The notes under the pieces: model-generated
Told to the model about the DNA's origin: nothing
Database searches by the model: none
Seen by the model: the letters and a program-made list of their open reading frames with translations, nothing else
Source of the DNA: Terriglobia bacterium
GTDB lineage: Bacteria > Acidobacteriota > Terriglobia > 20CM-2-55-15
Direction: 5' to 3'
Assembly: GCA_965218585.1 (NCBI GenBank)
Contig: CBDCLE010000026.1
Span: forward strand, 313,833-377,832
DNA length: 64,000 nt
Made by a program: the position numbers and the translations under genes
Shown: positions 30,370 through 39,855 of the stretch, in pieces
Position numbering within the stretch: position 1 is the first letter of the stretch
How the letters are laid out: each line of letters starts with the position of its first letter

Positions 30370-31173
30370 TCAATTCTCTTGTCTCGCTTCCAACGACGCC
30401 GCGAGGGAAGCCAATTCTGGCTCGTCAGGTTGCGTGTTGTGATTGAAGTACGTCTCGATGGAAACACGCGACTCGGCGAAGCCGGCCTGGACCCACGCCT
30501 TCCGCCACAGGTGGACCATGTCGCCGCGGCCTACGAGATGGATGTGCGTCTCATCGAGCGCCGTGAGTTGACCGGGCACGCTTTCCTGGACCCGGCCCGC
30601 CAGACCCGGCCAATCTGAAGGCGGCTCTGTTAGTGAAAAGGCAAACGAGAAGTTCGAATGCTCGCGGGCGAGTTGGCCAAGCTCAGGCAGCAGGACCCGG
30701 TCTTCTTGTTCCCGAAAACCGGCATAGAGTGCAAGCGGCCGGGATTCACCCTCGGCCAATGCCTTTCGGGCAAAGCCGTACAACGGGCCGATTCCCGTCC
30801 CGGTCGCGACACCGACGATGCGTGTAGCTTCTGGATCGATTTCGTTCTGGATCGGGTTGTGATAAGGGCCGTCGAAGTATATGTCGTCACCTTGAGACAG
30901 TTTTTCGAGGCGCGGTGTGAGCTTCCCGTCGGGAATCACGCGGAAGAGGTGCGAAAATCGCCGCCTGTCCGGGTCTCCATGCGAGACCGTGTAGGCATGC
31001 CGTGCATAAGTACCATTGCCGTTTCGTAAGGCCAGGGCCAACACATGACCGGGCTCGTAGGCCGCCTCGTTGTCATCGGCGGCTTCAAGCGTCAGCCAGA
31101 CGCTTCCCCGTGCCATCGCACGATTCTCAATGACCCGCGCCGGACGCCAGTATCCCAACCCTACTCCTCTCAA
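30370..31173 (-). CDS. FNR-like FAD/NAD(P)-binding oxidoreductase
   Basis: RHAYTVS, GKLT, VATGTGIGP and AGRVQ motifs; start codon uncertain. Confidence 0.8.
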   Translation of the reverse strand: MRGVGLGYWRPARVIENRAMARGSVWLTLEAADDNEAAYEPGHVLALALRNGNGTYARHAYTVSHGDPDRRRFSHLFRVIPDGKLTPRLEKLSQGDDIYFDGPYHNPIQNEIDPEATRIVGVATGTGIGPLYGFARKALAEGESRPLALYAGFREQEDRVLLPELGQLAREHSNFSFAFSLTEPPSDWPGLAGRVQESVPGQLTALDETHIHLVGRGDMVHLWRKAWVQAGFAESRVSIETYFNHNTQPDEPELASLAASLEARQEN

Positions 31174-31209
31174 ATCACAAATGAAGATTGCTCGACTGCC
31201 TTCACGATC

Positions 31210-31758
31210 TCAGTTGGGAAACAGGTCGAGCAAACAGGCCATCGTCCTCTGCAGCTGTGCGCTTTGGGCGGGCTTGAAATCCCTTTCCACGAATGAATCC
31301 CTCGTCGTGACCCTCATCCACTCGATTTCGGTTTCAGCAAGTGTTTCAGCCTGTTCCAGGTTCCCCTTGAAATCTCCAAACCAGACGAACAGGCTCGAAA
31401 TGCAGTTGGAGTCGCTGTCGCTCGTCGCCTCGATTCGGGAACCGTCTATCAAAAGGATACTGACACTGTCACCGCCATTAATGCATTGACCGCCACCTGA
31501 TGCCTGAACCGACATCGAGACAACTTCGAACCCCGGCCGGTTAACTTCCGCAGCAAAACGGATGCTGAAACCTGTCTGACCATCGTCTTCCGAGATCACA
31601 ATGAAATCACGCGAGACAACATTGGATCGCCCTGAAGCCAGATCCTGATTGGTTACGACCAACTCTGAACATTCGGTCTGGGCTGGTTCAACTCCGTGGC
31701 CATATGACGGCACTCCAAGGATCAGGATCCATGTACTTAGAAGGGCGCTTCGGGTCAT
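31210..31758 (-). CDS. Hypothetical secreted protein (4 Cys)
   Basis: Signal-like N-terminus; the ORF-track 5' extension comes from a REP. Confidence 0.6.
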   Translation of the reverse strand: MTRSALLSTWILILGVPSYGHGVEPAQTECSELVVTNQDLASGRSNVVSRDFIVISEDDGQTGFSIRFAAEVNRPGFEVVSMSVQASGGGQCINGGDSVSILLIDGSRIEATSDSDSNCISSLFVWFGDFKGNLEQAETLAETEIEWMRVTTRDSFVERDFKPAQSAQLQRTMACLLDLFPN

Positions 31759-31784
31759 TAGGCCTGTGTCGGTGAGATTTTCGA

Positions 31785-31836
31785 CTGTAGGTGCACTAGG
31801 ATCGCAGGTCTGTGCGGTCATAGACCGCACCTACAG
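31785..31836. repeat. GTAG-type REP doublet (left arm degenerate)
   Basis: CTGTAGGTGC...GTGCGGTCATAGACCGCACCTACAG; the right arm is identical to that of the 7735 copy. Confidence 0.85.
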
Positions 31837-31844
31837 AAAGAAGC

Positions 31845-32987
31845 TTACTGTGGCCGCCTGGATCGACTCCCCAGCGAACGCAAGGGCAACGTCCAGGAAA
31901 CCGTGACCGAACTCGGGCTGTAGCAAATACTGTCGTCACAGGCCTGATATTCGATCGTCCCCGTAAGGGTCAGCGCCTCCTGTCCCCGAAAAACCGCCTG
32001 CGCGCGGGGCGTGCCTTCGAGGATAACCTCCTGGATCAGCGTGAACGGCCCTTCACACACCGGCACCGTTTCGTCCAGCGGTTCAAAGTAGTACGTCGTC
32101 CATTCCGGATACTCCATCGAACGTAGTCTCACGAAGGGTTGCGGGTCGATCCTCAGGCCGATCACCTGATAGTCGGTCGCACCTGGAGCATAGACGTGCA
32201 TCCCAGGTCCGGGTTCGACCTCGAGTGCCAGCGAGAAACGGTTCCCGGCCGCAACTTCCGCATCGCTCGCATACGTCGTGATGTCGAGTTGAGGTGTTGA
32301 GATCCTCGTCGCTTCAACAGGAGCTTCGCTGGCTCCAAGCCGCATGATGATGCTCGACACGGTATTCCGTTCGATATAAAAATCCTCGAAATACCGTGAC
32401 GACACCCGGCCGTCGGTCTCGAGAACGAACGTACCTGGAAATGCGATCCCGATCATTATGGGCCTTGGATTCATGACCGACACGTAGGTGGCGATGTCGG
32501 CAGCCACTATGGGATCGTCGCTGTTCGGACCCTGCGCCCATTCGGGAACGGGGTTGAGGATTCCGTATTCTCGGATGGTTCGAGAACCTAGATCCGAGAG
32601 CAGCGGAAAGGTAATGCCCTGTTCCTGGGCAAAAGCGCTCAAAACATCAACCGCGTCGTAACTGATCGCGGCTAAACCGATTCCACGTTCCTGTAGCTCT
32701 TCGACCTGGCTTTGCAGCTCCACGAGCTGCGTGCGGCAATACGGTCACCAACTGGCCGAACGGAAAAACACCAGCATGGCTCCGTTCGGTCCCATGATGG
32801 CATCGCGCGTCCAGGTTTCTCCGTTCTGGTCCATCAAACTGAAATCCGGGACGATCTCGTCCACTTGAGGACCCAGCTCGGACACATCGATCTTAGAGGG
32901 CTCCAGCGTCTGAGCTGCAACCGGGGCCGGCATGATCAGTCCAGCCAACAACAAGAGACTCAGTGATGAAAGGATTCGAAGTTTCAT
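31845..32987 (-). CDS. Probable selenoprotein: exported AhpC/TSA (UxxC) redoxin fused to a DsbD-alpha-like domain, 380 aa
   Basis: The two ORF-track pieces are in one frame: PDFSLMDQNG..VFFRSASW-TGA-PYCRTQLVELQ; C-terminal YQACDDSICYSP; SECIS-like hairpin downstream of the UGA. Confidence 0.88.
32714..32730 (-). promoter_or_regulatory. Candidate bacterial SECIS hairpin
   Basis: GCAGCUC-GUG-GAGCUGC perfect 7-bp stem with a G/U loop, starting 14 nt after the UGA at 32745-32747. Confidence 0.75.
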
Positions 32988-33181
32988 AGTTTGCCTAATT
33001 TATAAGTTTCTGCCTGGAAATTCCAGAAACGGACGCCTAAGTCCAATTCGTCTTCGATGATCGCGGCAATCACCTCGAAACGGCGATTACCTGCCGAGCG
33101 CTGTTCTTGGGGGGCCTGCGCTCCGAGAACGAGCGTCGGCGCAAGGACCCAGACGCAAATACCGACGACACCTAGTCTCAT
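32984..33181 (-). pseudogene. Probable remnant of a second DsbA-like gene (signal peptide + C-terminal helix only)
   Basis: GGAGG RBS and signal peptide, then GNRRFEVIAAIIEDEL, which resembles the neighbour's C-terminal GSHPYQSIVEVIESEL. Confidence 0.5.
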
Positions 33182-33253
33182 ACGCTTCCTCCCTTTAAAG
33201 AAGCGTGGCACAAAGAGCGCCCCTTACACTGGAAGCTCGATTACAGGCGGGGA

Positions 33254-33874
33254 TCACCGGCCGGATTCGATACGCTCCAGTTCCGACTCGATCACCTCAA
33301 CGATGCTCTGGTACGGGTGGCTGCCTTCCATGATCAGACCGTTGATGAACATCGTGGGAGTGCTGAACACCGCAGCGTTCACGCCTTCCTCGATGTCGAC
33401 TTCCGCATCGGCCCACTTGACCCCAGAATCCAGGCATTCGTTAAACCGAGCGGTGTCGAGACCGAATTCCACGGCCCGGCGTTTCAACGCGGGGACGTCG
33501 ATGTCTTCCTGATTCTCGAACAGGGAGTCGTGAAACTCCCAGAAACGATCCTGCTCGTGAGCGCACAAGGAGGCTTCGGCTGCCTTCTGAGCGTACTGGT
33601 GCGTAAAGATCAACGGAAATTGCCGAAACACGATCCGAACCTGGTCCGGATAGTTCCGCCGCACGGCCTGGAGCGTGGGATGCAGCCCCGCGCAGAACGG
33701 ACATTCGAAGTCCCCAAACTCGACGATCGTTACCGGCGCATCGGCCGGTCCGCGGGACGGATGCCCCTCGGTTCTGATGTCTTTCCGTGACAATTCGAAT
33801 TGCTGGGCTGCGCCGGCCGAACCCGAGGCCAATGCCAACGCGAAGGTCAGGATTAGAACACGATGGATTTTCAC
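33254..33874 (-). CDS. DsbA/BdbD-like thioredoxin-fold oxidoreductase
   Basis: Signal peptide; GPADAPVTIVEFGDFECPFC and STPTMFING (cis-Pro loop). Confidence 0.92.
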   Translation of the reverse strand: MKIHRVLILTFALALASGSAGAAQQFELSRKDIRTEGHPSRGPADAPVTIVEFGDFECPFCAGLHPTLQAVRRNYPDQVRIVFRQFPLIFTHQYAQKAAEASLCAHEQDRFWEFHDSLFENQEDIDVPALKRRAVEFGLDTARFNECLDSGVKWADAEVDIEEGVNAAVFSTPTMFINGLIMEGSHPYQSIVEVIESELERIESGR

Positions 33875-34016
33875 TGTGACATCCTCCTCTGGAAGTGTTT
33901 CAGTATATTATGAAATTCGTCCTGAATCAGAATTCAGTAAGTCTTCGCCGAAGCCAACGCGAGAACAAAGTAGGGCTTATGAACAGCGCACAATTCACGC
34001 ACCGAAAGGGTTCGAA

Positions 34017-34610
34017 ATGAGACAGTACATCTTGTTTTTATTGATCGGAGCCTCGGCATCGATCGTCCTGGCCTGCGCTCCGGCAGCCGAACCGGTCGAG
34101 ACCGGACCGGAGTTCAGGCCTACAGCCACCATCAAGGACATCATGCTCGGGGTCATCGACCCGAACGCCGACGCAATCTGGAACGCGAGTGCGATCGTCG
34201 TCGACTTCGAAGGCATCCACGAGAGCTTTCCCGAGACCGACGAAGAGTGGGACGCGCTTCGTTATTCGGCCCTCACGATCATCGAGGCCAGCAACATGAT
34301 GCTGATACCCGGACGTCAGGTGGCCGCCCCGGGAGATCGATCAGAGTTTCCGGGTATCGAACTCGAACCAGAAGAGATCGCAGATCTGATCGCCGCCGAC
34401 CCCGACACTTATGCCCAGCTCACGCTGGGACTCCACGACGCTGCAACCCAGATGCTGGCAGTCATCGAGGACCGGGATTCGGAAACACTGCTGAACATTG
34501 GCGACCGCCTGGACCGCGCCTGCGAAAGATGCCATCTCGAGTACTGGTATCCCGACGACGAAGCCGCCAGGCGAGCCTTTGAAGAGACCGAAGCCCTTCT
34601 AGAGCAGTAA
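34017..34610 (+). CDS. Cytochrome c'-like lipoprotein
   Basis: Lipobox VLAC; helical protein with C-terminal CERCH. Confidence 0.8.
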   Translation: MRQYILFLLIGASASIVLACAPAAEPVETGPEFRPTATIKDIMLGVIDPNADAIWNASAIVVDFEGIHESFPETDEEWDALRYSALTIIEASNMMLIPGRQVAAPGDRSEFPGIELEPEEIADLIAADPDTYAQLTLGLHDAATQMLAVIEDRDSETLLNIGDRLDRACERCHLEYWYPDDEAARRAFEETEALLEQ

Positions 34611-34622
34611 GACGGTGTATCT

Positions 34623-35074
34623 ATGCAGATAAGACGCTATTGTCTCGGGTTGCTGGCATTGTGCCTGGTAGCGTTCGGCATCGTGGGTCATGGGAATGGG
34701 GTGGCCTCGGCCCAAGGTGGAACCGGATCAATCGAAGGCCACGTCACCCTCAGCGGGAGGCCGCCTGGTAATCGTGTGATACGGATGGGCGCCGATCCGA
34801 AGTGCACGCAAGTGGACATGGGCGAGCTGGTGATCCAGGAAGCGGTCATGGCCACACGGAACGGCAGCCTCGGCAATGTCTTTGTGAACCTGGAAGGAGA
34901 TTTCCCCGCAACGCCGGTGACGGAAGAAACGGGTATGTTTGAGATGTCAGATGTGCCCGAGGGAACCTATACGATCTACGCCTGGCATGAGGTGTACGGG
35001 GAGAACTCAGTCGGACCGTCGAGGTGACTCCCGGCGCCCGGGCCGTCGTGGATTTCACATACGACGGAGAGTAA
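34623..35074 (+). pseudogene. Carboxypeptidase-regulatory-like domain secreted protein, internally shortened and frameshifted near 35000
   Basis: GSIEGHVTLSG..IRMGADPKC..LGNVFV, then directly TGMFEMSDVPEGTYTIYAWHEVYG; the C-terminus LSRTVEVTPGARAVVDFTY is in another frame. Confidence 0.65.
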
Positions 35075-35086
35075 CCCAAGCCGATC

Positions 35087-35458
35087 CTACTGGTACGTCG
35101 TTCCGTCGGCTGCTACTACTGAAGTGTAGTTTCCACCCTGCCTGCCATTCTTCAGCGGGTTCATCGTCACCGTTATCACGTCGCCGGTTTTGAAGGTCGA
35201 GCCTCCGATACCGCGCCGGATCGTGTTTCCGATATTCGACATTTCGATCGCCCAGGCAACAACTTCACCGTCCTCACCTTCGACGTCGACATAGAGAAAG
35301 ACATGCGGGTTTCTGAAGGAAAAGTCCTTAACGGTTCCCGTGACAGTGACTTCAACCTCGTGGTCGAACATCGCGTGTGAATGGTGAGAAAGCGCGGGCA
35401 TTGTCACGCCGATCATTAATCCAGAAGCCAACACGCCTACGACGATGTATTTCTTCAT
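35087..35458 (-). CDS. DUF6152 family secreted protein (copy 3)
   Basis: ALS/HHSHAMFD, VTGTVKDFSFRNPH, WAIEM and FKTGDVITVTMNP. Confidence 0.88.
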   Translation of the reverse strand: MKKYIVVGVLASGLMIGVTMPALSHHSHAMFDHEVEVTVTGTVKDFSFRNPHVFLYVDVEGEDGEVVAWAIEMSNIGNTIRRGIGGSTFKTGDVITVTMNPLKNGRQGGNYTSVVAADGTTYQ

Positions 35459-35526
35459 TTCATCCTCTCTATCTGGCTTTCTGTCGCACCCCTCGCATCA
35501 TCGAGCGCGCCTACAGACGCAGTGTA

Positions 35527-36591
35527 TCAGTTCTCCCCAATTGCGTAGTGTGCGGCCCACGGGCGGGGATCTGTAGGATCCCAGTATCCGGGGGTTCCAG
35601 GAGTGCGTTCGTCTAAAATGCCATCGGCGTTGACGAATATATTGCTCGCCGGTCCGTTCGTGTCCGTGCACGTACTGAAGACCGGCCGGATCTGTGGGTT
35701 CGTCTGCAGGTTGTACGTGAAATCTGCGTGGAGCGGCTCGACGAAAGCCACCGGGTCGTAGAGGGTCACCTCTCCTATGATCGAGTCGCCCACGCGCTCG
35801 TAGCGTTCGACCGCCCTCATCTGGTCGCTCCACTCGAACATCGAATGCGTGGCGTTCCACTGCCGGATCTGGTTGGTATGCACCACGAGCGCATCGCCGT
35901 CCCAGAAGGCGATCGATTCACCCAACCACTGCGGAAATTGAAAATCCTCGGGCACGTGCCCGCCATCGGTCTTAATCCAGCGGACTTCGATCGAACTCAG
36001 CATGTCGCTGATGAAAACAACCTGGTTCGGACGGACAATAAAATGTTGGGCGCGTGACAAGGCGCGGATAAATCCATCGGGAAGGCAGAATGCTGCCGCC
36101 CACCAGTGGCGGCCTTCCGCTTCGGCTTTGACCTGCTGGACGTAATACTCCTGATACTGGGGTGCCAGCGAGGCGGCTATTGTACTGGCCTGGATGTTCC
36201 GGCTCCCCAGCCAGCTTCCGCCACCACCCCAGAGCCCGTCCCAATCGGGCAAGGTTTCAATTGTGTGTGCTGTCCCGCCGTTTGCTTCTTCGAGCCAGGC
36301 TTCATAGTGTTCTTCAGCCGTTCTATAAGGATAGGGACTCCTGGTATCGAAATCGTCCCGGCCAGAACCCTCTTCACCGTATCTAAAATCGACCTGCATG
36401 TCCGTCAGCTGCCGGGCCGTGTTATTTCTGTAGTACGCGGGATCGGTCCAGTGCTCGCGATCCTGGCGAAAGTCATCGGTTGTAAAGATGGTTTGCGCAA
36501 CCGCCGGTGCCGCACACAACATGCCGAGTAAAACCACCGCGATCCGGAACCCCTTGCGGTCTCGACTCATGCCTGCCTGCTCATGTTTCAT
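35527..36591 (-). CDS. Uncharacterised secreted CxPxG family protein (member 3, long form)
   Basis: CLPDGFIR, WLGESIAFWDGDAL, WSDQMRAVER, YDPVAFVEP and STCTDTN. Confidence 0.82.
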   Translation of the reverse strand: MKHEQAGMSRDRKGFRIAVVLLGMLCAAPAVAQTIFTTDDFRQDREHWTDPAYYRNNTARQLTDMQVDFRYGEEGSGRDDFDTRSPYPYRTAEEHYEAWLEEANGGTAHTIETLPDWDGLWGGGGSWLGSRNIQASTIAASLAPQYQEYYVQQVKAEAEGRHWWAAAFCLPDGFIRALSRAQHFIVRPNQVVFISDMLSSIEVRWIKTDGGHVPEDFQFPQWLGESIAFWDGDALVVHTNQIRQWNATHSMFEWSDQMRAVERYERVGDSIIGEVTLYDPVAFVEPLHADFTYNLQTNPQIRPVFSTCTDTNGPASNIFVNADGILDERTPGTPGYWDPTDPRPWAAHYAIGEN

Positions 36592-36722
36592 CTGAATAAT
36601 CTCAAGAGTCTTACCACATCCTGAATGGGAGCCAAAGCATTTGAAGCGGATCGGGTTCGATCTGATCGTTCTTCACACTGACTGTACCGTGCTTGCTCCA
36701 AAGAGTCGTTCAGCCCCTGAGG

Positions 36723-36799
36723 CCACGCAATCAGGATGATTGCGTGGGTCGCCCCTCGTTCGGTCAGGACGACCGATTGAACGAGGGAGCGAAATCTTC
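36723..36799. ncRNA. Structured intergenic element, copy 2
   Basis: 62 of 77 nt identical to 4840-4916 with both stems fully preserved. Confidence 0.7.
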
Positions 36800-36853
36800 T
36801 GCCGATGTCGGGGCACGATCGGGCCCATGGTGTTCGACTTTGAACAACAACGG

Positions 36854-37753
36854 TTACGGCCAGGCCAACTCTCTCGCCGAAACAAAAGTCCGCGGCTCGC
36901 CGTTCACAGGATCGACAAACTCCAGCCGGTCCGCGAGTAACTGCAGCGGAGGTTCTTCATCTTCAGCGTCTCTTATCTCGGGATAAAGACGCTCGCCCAT
37001 GATCGGAAACCCGATCGACGCCATGTGGATGCGGATCTGATGTTTCTTTCCGCTTCCAGGCCGGATCCTGAAGAGTCCAATGCCCTTTCGATCATCGATA
37101 AGTTCAATGTCCGTGAACGCGTTGGCGGCTCCCTCGACGATCTTCTGCCTGTACCAAGGATCCCCTGCTTCTAGCCTGTTGCTGACTTGCCATCGATTCA
37201 CTTCGGGACGAACCTCAAGGCCCGCCAACGCAAGGTATTCCCTTTCAATCTCTCCGTTTGCGAAAAGTCTATGGTAACGGGGCCGCGTCTGGGGAACAAG
37301 ACTGAAGAGGATCACTCCAGCTGTCTCACGGTCCAACCTGTGTAGAGGTACGAGCGATGTAAGCCCGGTCCTCCTTTGAAGGCGCACCAGGAGGGAACGC
37401 TCGACGTGGTCCCCGGCAGGCGTGACGACCATCCCGTGAGGCTTGTCGGCAACCAGGATCTCGCCGTCGCGATAGAGGACGGTTTCTTCTTCACTAACGC
37501 CCGGCTCGGAATCCACTTCCCTGCCGTAATAGACGGTTGTCCCGTGGCAGTAGGGCGTATCCGGAGTAATAACCGTGCCGTCGTCTAATGCAACCCGGCC
37601 GCGCGCGACACGGTCCCCCCAGGTGTCGGCCCCCACCTGGGGGAAATGTTCGATCAGGTGCTCCAGTATCGTCGCTGGAGGATCATCCAGCTTGGGAAGG
37701 TACAGGCGGGAGAGCAGAGGGGACCCGCGATGGACATCATTCGAATCCTTCAT
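36854..37753 (-). CDS. RluA-family pseudouridine synthase
   Basis: DKPHG, LHRLDRETAG and GKKHQIRIHM motifs. Confidence 0.93.
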   Translation of the reverse strand: MKDSNDVHRGSPLLSRLYLPKLDDPPATILEHLIEHFPQVGADTWGDRVARGRVALDDGTVITPDTPYCHGTTVYYGREVDSEPGVSEEETVLYRDGEILVADKPHGMVVTPAGDHVERSLLVRLQRRTGLTSLVPLHRLDRETAGVILFSLVPQTRPRYHRLFANGEIEREYLALAGLEVRPEVNRWQVSNRLEAGDPWYRQKIVEGAANAFTDIELIDDRKGIGLFRIRPGSGKKHQIRIHMASIGFPIMGERLYPEIRDAEDEEPPLQLLADRLEFVDPVNGEPRTFVSARELAWP

Positions 37754-38924
37754 TCACCCTCGTCCCGGTTCCCCGGACTTTCCTGTTACTGCCCGCTACA
37801 AGCTTGAACTCGAACAGACGGCAGTCGAGCGCGCCGTTAAACAGTGGAGTACGCCGGGACGCACTCAACCGGATCAGTTTCGGCAAGCGCATGTCAGCTG
37901 TAAAAATATACGCCGTCCAGCCGCTATATCTCTTCTTCAGAGCGTCTCCAAGTTGAGGATAGAAGCCGGCCAATTGTTCCTGTTCGTCCATCCGTACCCC
38001 GTAAGGCGGATTCATGACGATGATGCCTGACGGCGCGGGCGGTGAGGATTCCAGAACGTTGGCGCGTTCGAGCCGGACGAGAGGCCCCACTCGGGCCCCA
38101 GTGATATCGCTTCGCGCCAGCGTGAGGGCCTCACCGTTCCGATCGCTCCCGAAGATGCTGGCTTCGGCGAACTCCTTCCCCCGGGCGCGGGCTCGGTCGC
38201 GCAGGGATTGCCATGCCTTGGCATTGTGCGGTTTAAGCTTCTCAAAACCGAAGCGGCGGTGGGCGCCGGGTGCCAGGTCGCTGGCAATCATCGCAGCTTC
38301 GGTGAGAAACGTGCCGGACCCGCACATCGGGTCGAATAGCGGCACTCCCGGCTTCCACCCTGAAAGGAGCAGGATACCGGCTGCGAGGTTTTCGCGCACT
38401 GGCGCTTCGCCCGTGCCCGAGCGATAGCCTCTTTTGAACAAAGCCTCTCCGGAGGTGTCGAGGTAGAACGTGCTACCGCTGGCCGTCAGGAATGCATGGA
38501 TGCGCACGTCCGGGTTTCGAGTGTCCACGTCGGGACGTCTCCCAGCCTGGGCCCGAAACGCATCACAGACCGCATCCTTAATTCGCAAGGTCGTGAACTC
38601 CAGGCTCTTCAAGGGACTCTTGATCGCGGAAATGTTTACCCGGATCGTGCGGTTCGGGCTGAACCAGTCGAACCACGGAAGTCCTCGTGCGGCCGTGTAT
38701 ATGTCCTCTTCATCCCTGTACCTGGTGTGACCTACGCGCCAGAGCACCCGGCTGGCGATGCGGCTTTCAAGATTGATCGCGTAACAGAGCTGATAGGGAC
38801 CATTGAACTCGACCCCGCCCTTGACTGCTTTAACATCATGGGCATCGAGTGCGGCGAGCTCGGTGGCAAGAACGTCTTCAAGACCTCTGGGGCAGGGAGC
38901 AAAGAATGTTTCTGATTCACTCAC
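37737..38924 (-). CDS. THUMP-domain rRNA m2G methyltransferase (RlmL-like)
   Basis: DTSGEALFKRGYR, EAPVRENLAA, DPMCGSGT and NPPYGVR motifs. Confidence 0.92.
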   Translation of the reverse strand: MSESETFFAPCPRGLEDVLATELAALDAHDVKAVKGGVEFNGPYQLCYAINLESRIASRVLWRVGHTRYRDEEDIYTAARGLPWFDWFSPNRTIRVNISAIKSPLKSLEFTTLRIKDAVCDAFRAQAGRRPDVDTRNPDVRIHAFLTASGSTFYLDTSGEALFKRGYRSGTGEAPVRENLAAGILLLSGWKPGVPLFDPMCGSGTFLTEAAMIASDLAPGAHRRFGFEKLKPHNAKAWQSLRDRARARGKEFAEASIFGSDRNGEALTLARSDITGARVGPLVRLERANVLESSPPAPSGIIVMNPPYGVRMDEQEQLAGFYPQLGDALKKRYSGWTAYIFTADMRLPKLIRLSASRRTPLFNGALDCRLFEFKLVAGSNRKVRGTGTRVNEGFE

Positions 38925-38943
38925 GAATTAACGTGTGGTCCGA

Positions 38944-39711
38944 TCATGGAGTCTTGAACTTGTCGGCCAGCTTCTCGCTTTCACTGGTCAGAATGCCTGT
39001 ATCGGTACCCACTGCTACAAACCGGCAGCCCAGGCCAAGCCAATGCCTGGCGTTCTCTTCGACGCCGGTCAGAATGCCGGGCGCCTTCCCAGTCCGGCTT
39101 ATGCGGCCGATGGCCTCGTCGATGATCGGCGTGACCTCAGGGTGGGCGGTTTCGCCACGGTAACCGTAGGAACCGTGCAGATCCGACGGTCCGATAAACA
39201 CTCCATCAACCCCCTCAACCGCGGCAATCTTTTCAATGTTTTTGACGCCGGTTTTCGTCTCGACCTGCACGAGCAGGCAAATCTCTTCGTGGGCGCGTTT
39301 GTGATAGTCCTTCACGCGACCAAAGCGGTCAGCACGCAACATGCGCCCGATACCACGCACGCCCTCGGGCGGATACCGCGTATTGGCGACCGCGCTTTGC
39401 ACTTCCTCCGCGTTCTGGACATATGGAACCAGGAGGGTCTGGGCACCGACGTCAAGGAAACGCTTGATCATTACCATGTCGTTCCACGGAACACGTACGA
39501 CCGGGTGTGTCGGATAGGAGGCCACAGCCTGCAACTGAGACAGGACCATAGTCATGTCATTGGGGGAGTGCTCGGTGTCCAGCAATAGCCAGTCAAACCC
39601 CGACCCCGCCAGCAACTCGGCTGAGTAATGACTGGCAAGATTCAACCAGAGGCCGATCTGCGGCTTCCCTTCCCTGAGGGCTCTCTTGAACGAGTTGACG
39701 GGCATTTCCAC
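38944..39711 (-). CDS. HpcH/HpaI family class II aldolase
   Basis: GFDWLLLDTEHSP, RYPPEGVRG, VQVET and GVFIGPSDL motifs. Confidence 0.93.
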   Translation of the reverse strand: MEMPVNSFKRALREGKPQIGLWLNLASHYSAELLAGSGFDWLLLDTEHSPNDMTMVLSQLQAVASYPTHPVVRVPWNDMVMIKRFLDVGAQTLLVPYVQNAEEVQSAVANTRYPPEGVRGIGRMLRADRFGRVKDYHKRAHEEICLLVQVETKTGVKNIEKIAAVEGVDGVFIGPSDLHGSYGYRGETAHPEVTPIIDEAIGRISRTGKAPGILTGVEENARHWLGLGCRFVAVGTDTGILTSESEKLADKFKTP

Positions 39712-39855
39712 GACGCGTCTCCTAATTGAGATATGTACGGACCCTCCGAACGGAGAGACCCTCGATTCTTACACGAACTGGGCTGTTACGGGTCGGGGTT
39801 GTGAGGAAGAAAGTCTTTTCGCTGCCAGTATTGAACCGATCCGGATACGGTGAGG

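Noticed and set aside
31759-31830. Shared N-terminal peptide MRSMTAQ/MGSMTAH in ORFs at 7799, 31830 and 51070
   Set aside because: It is a translation of the REP sequence, not a protein motif
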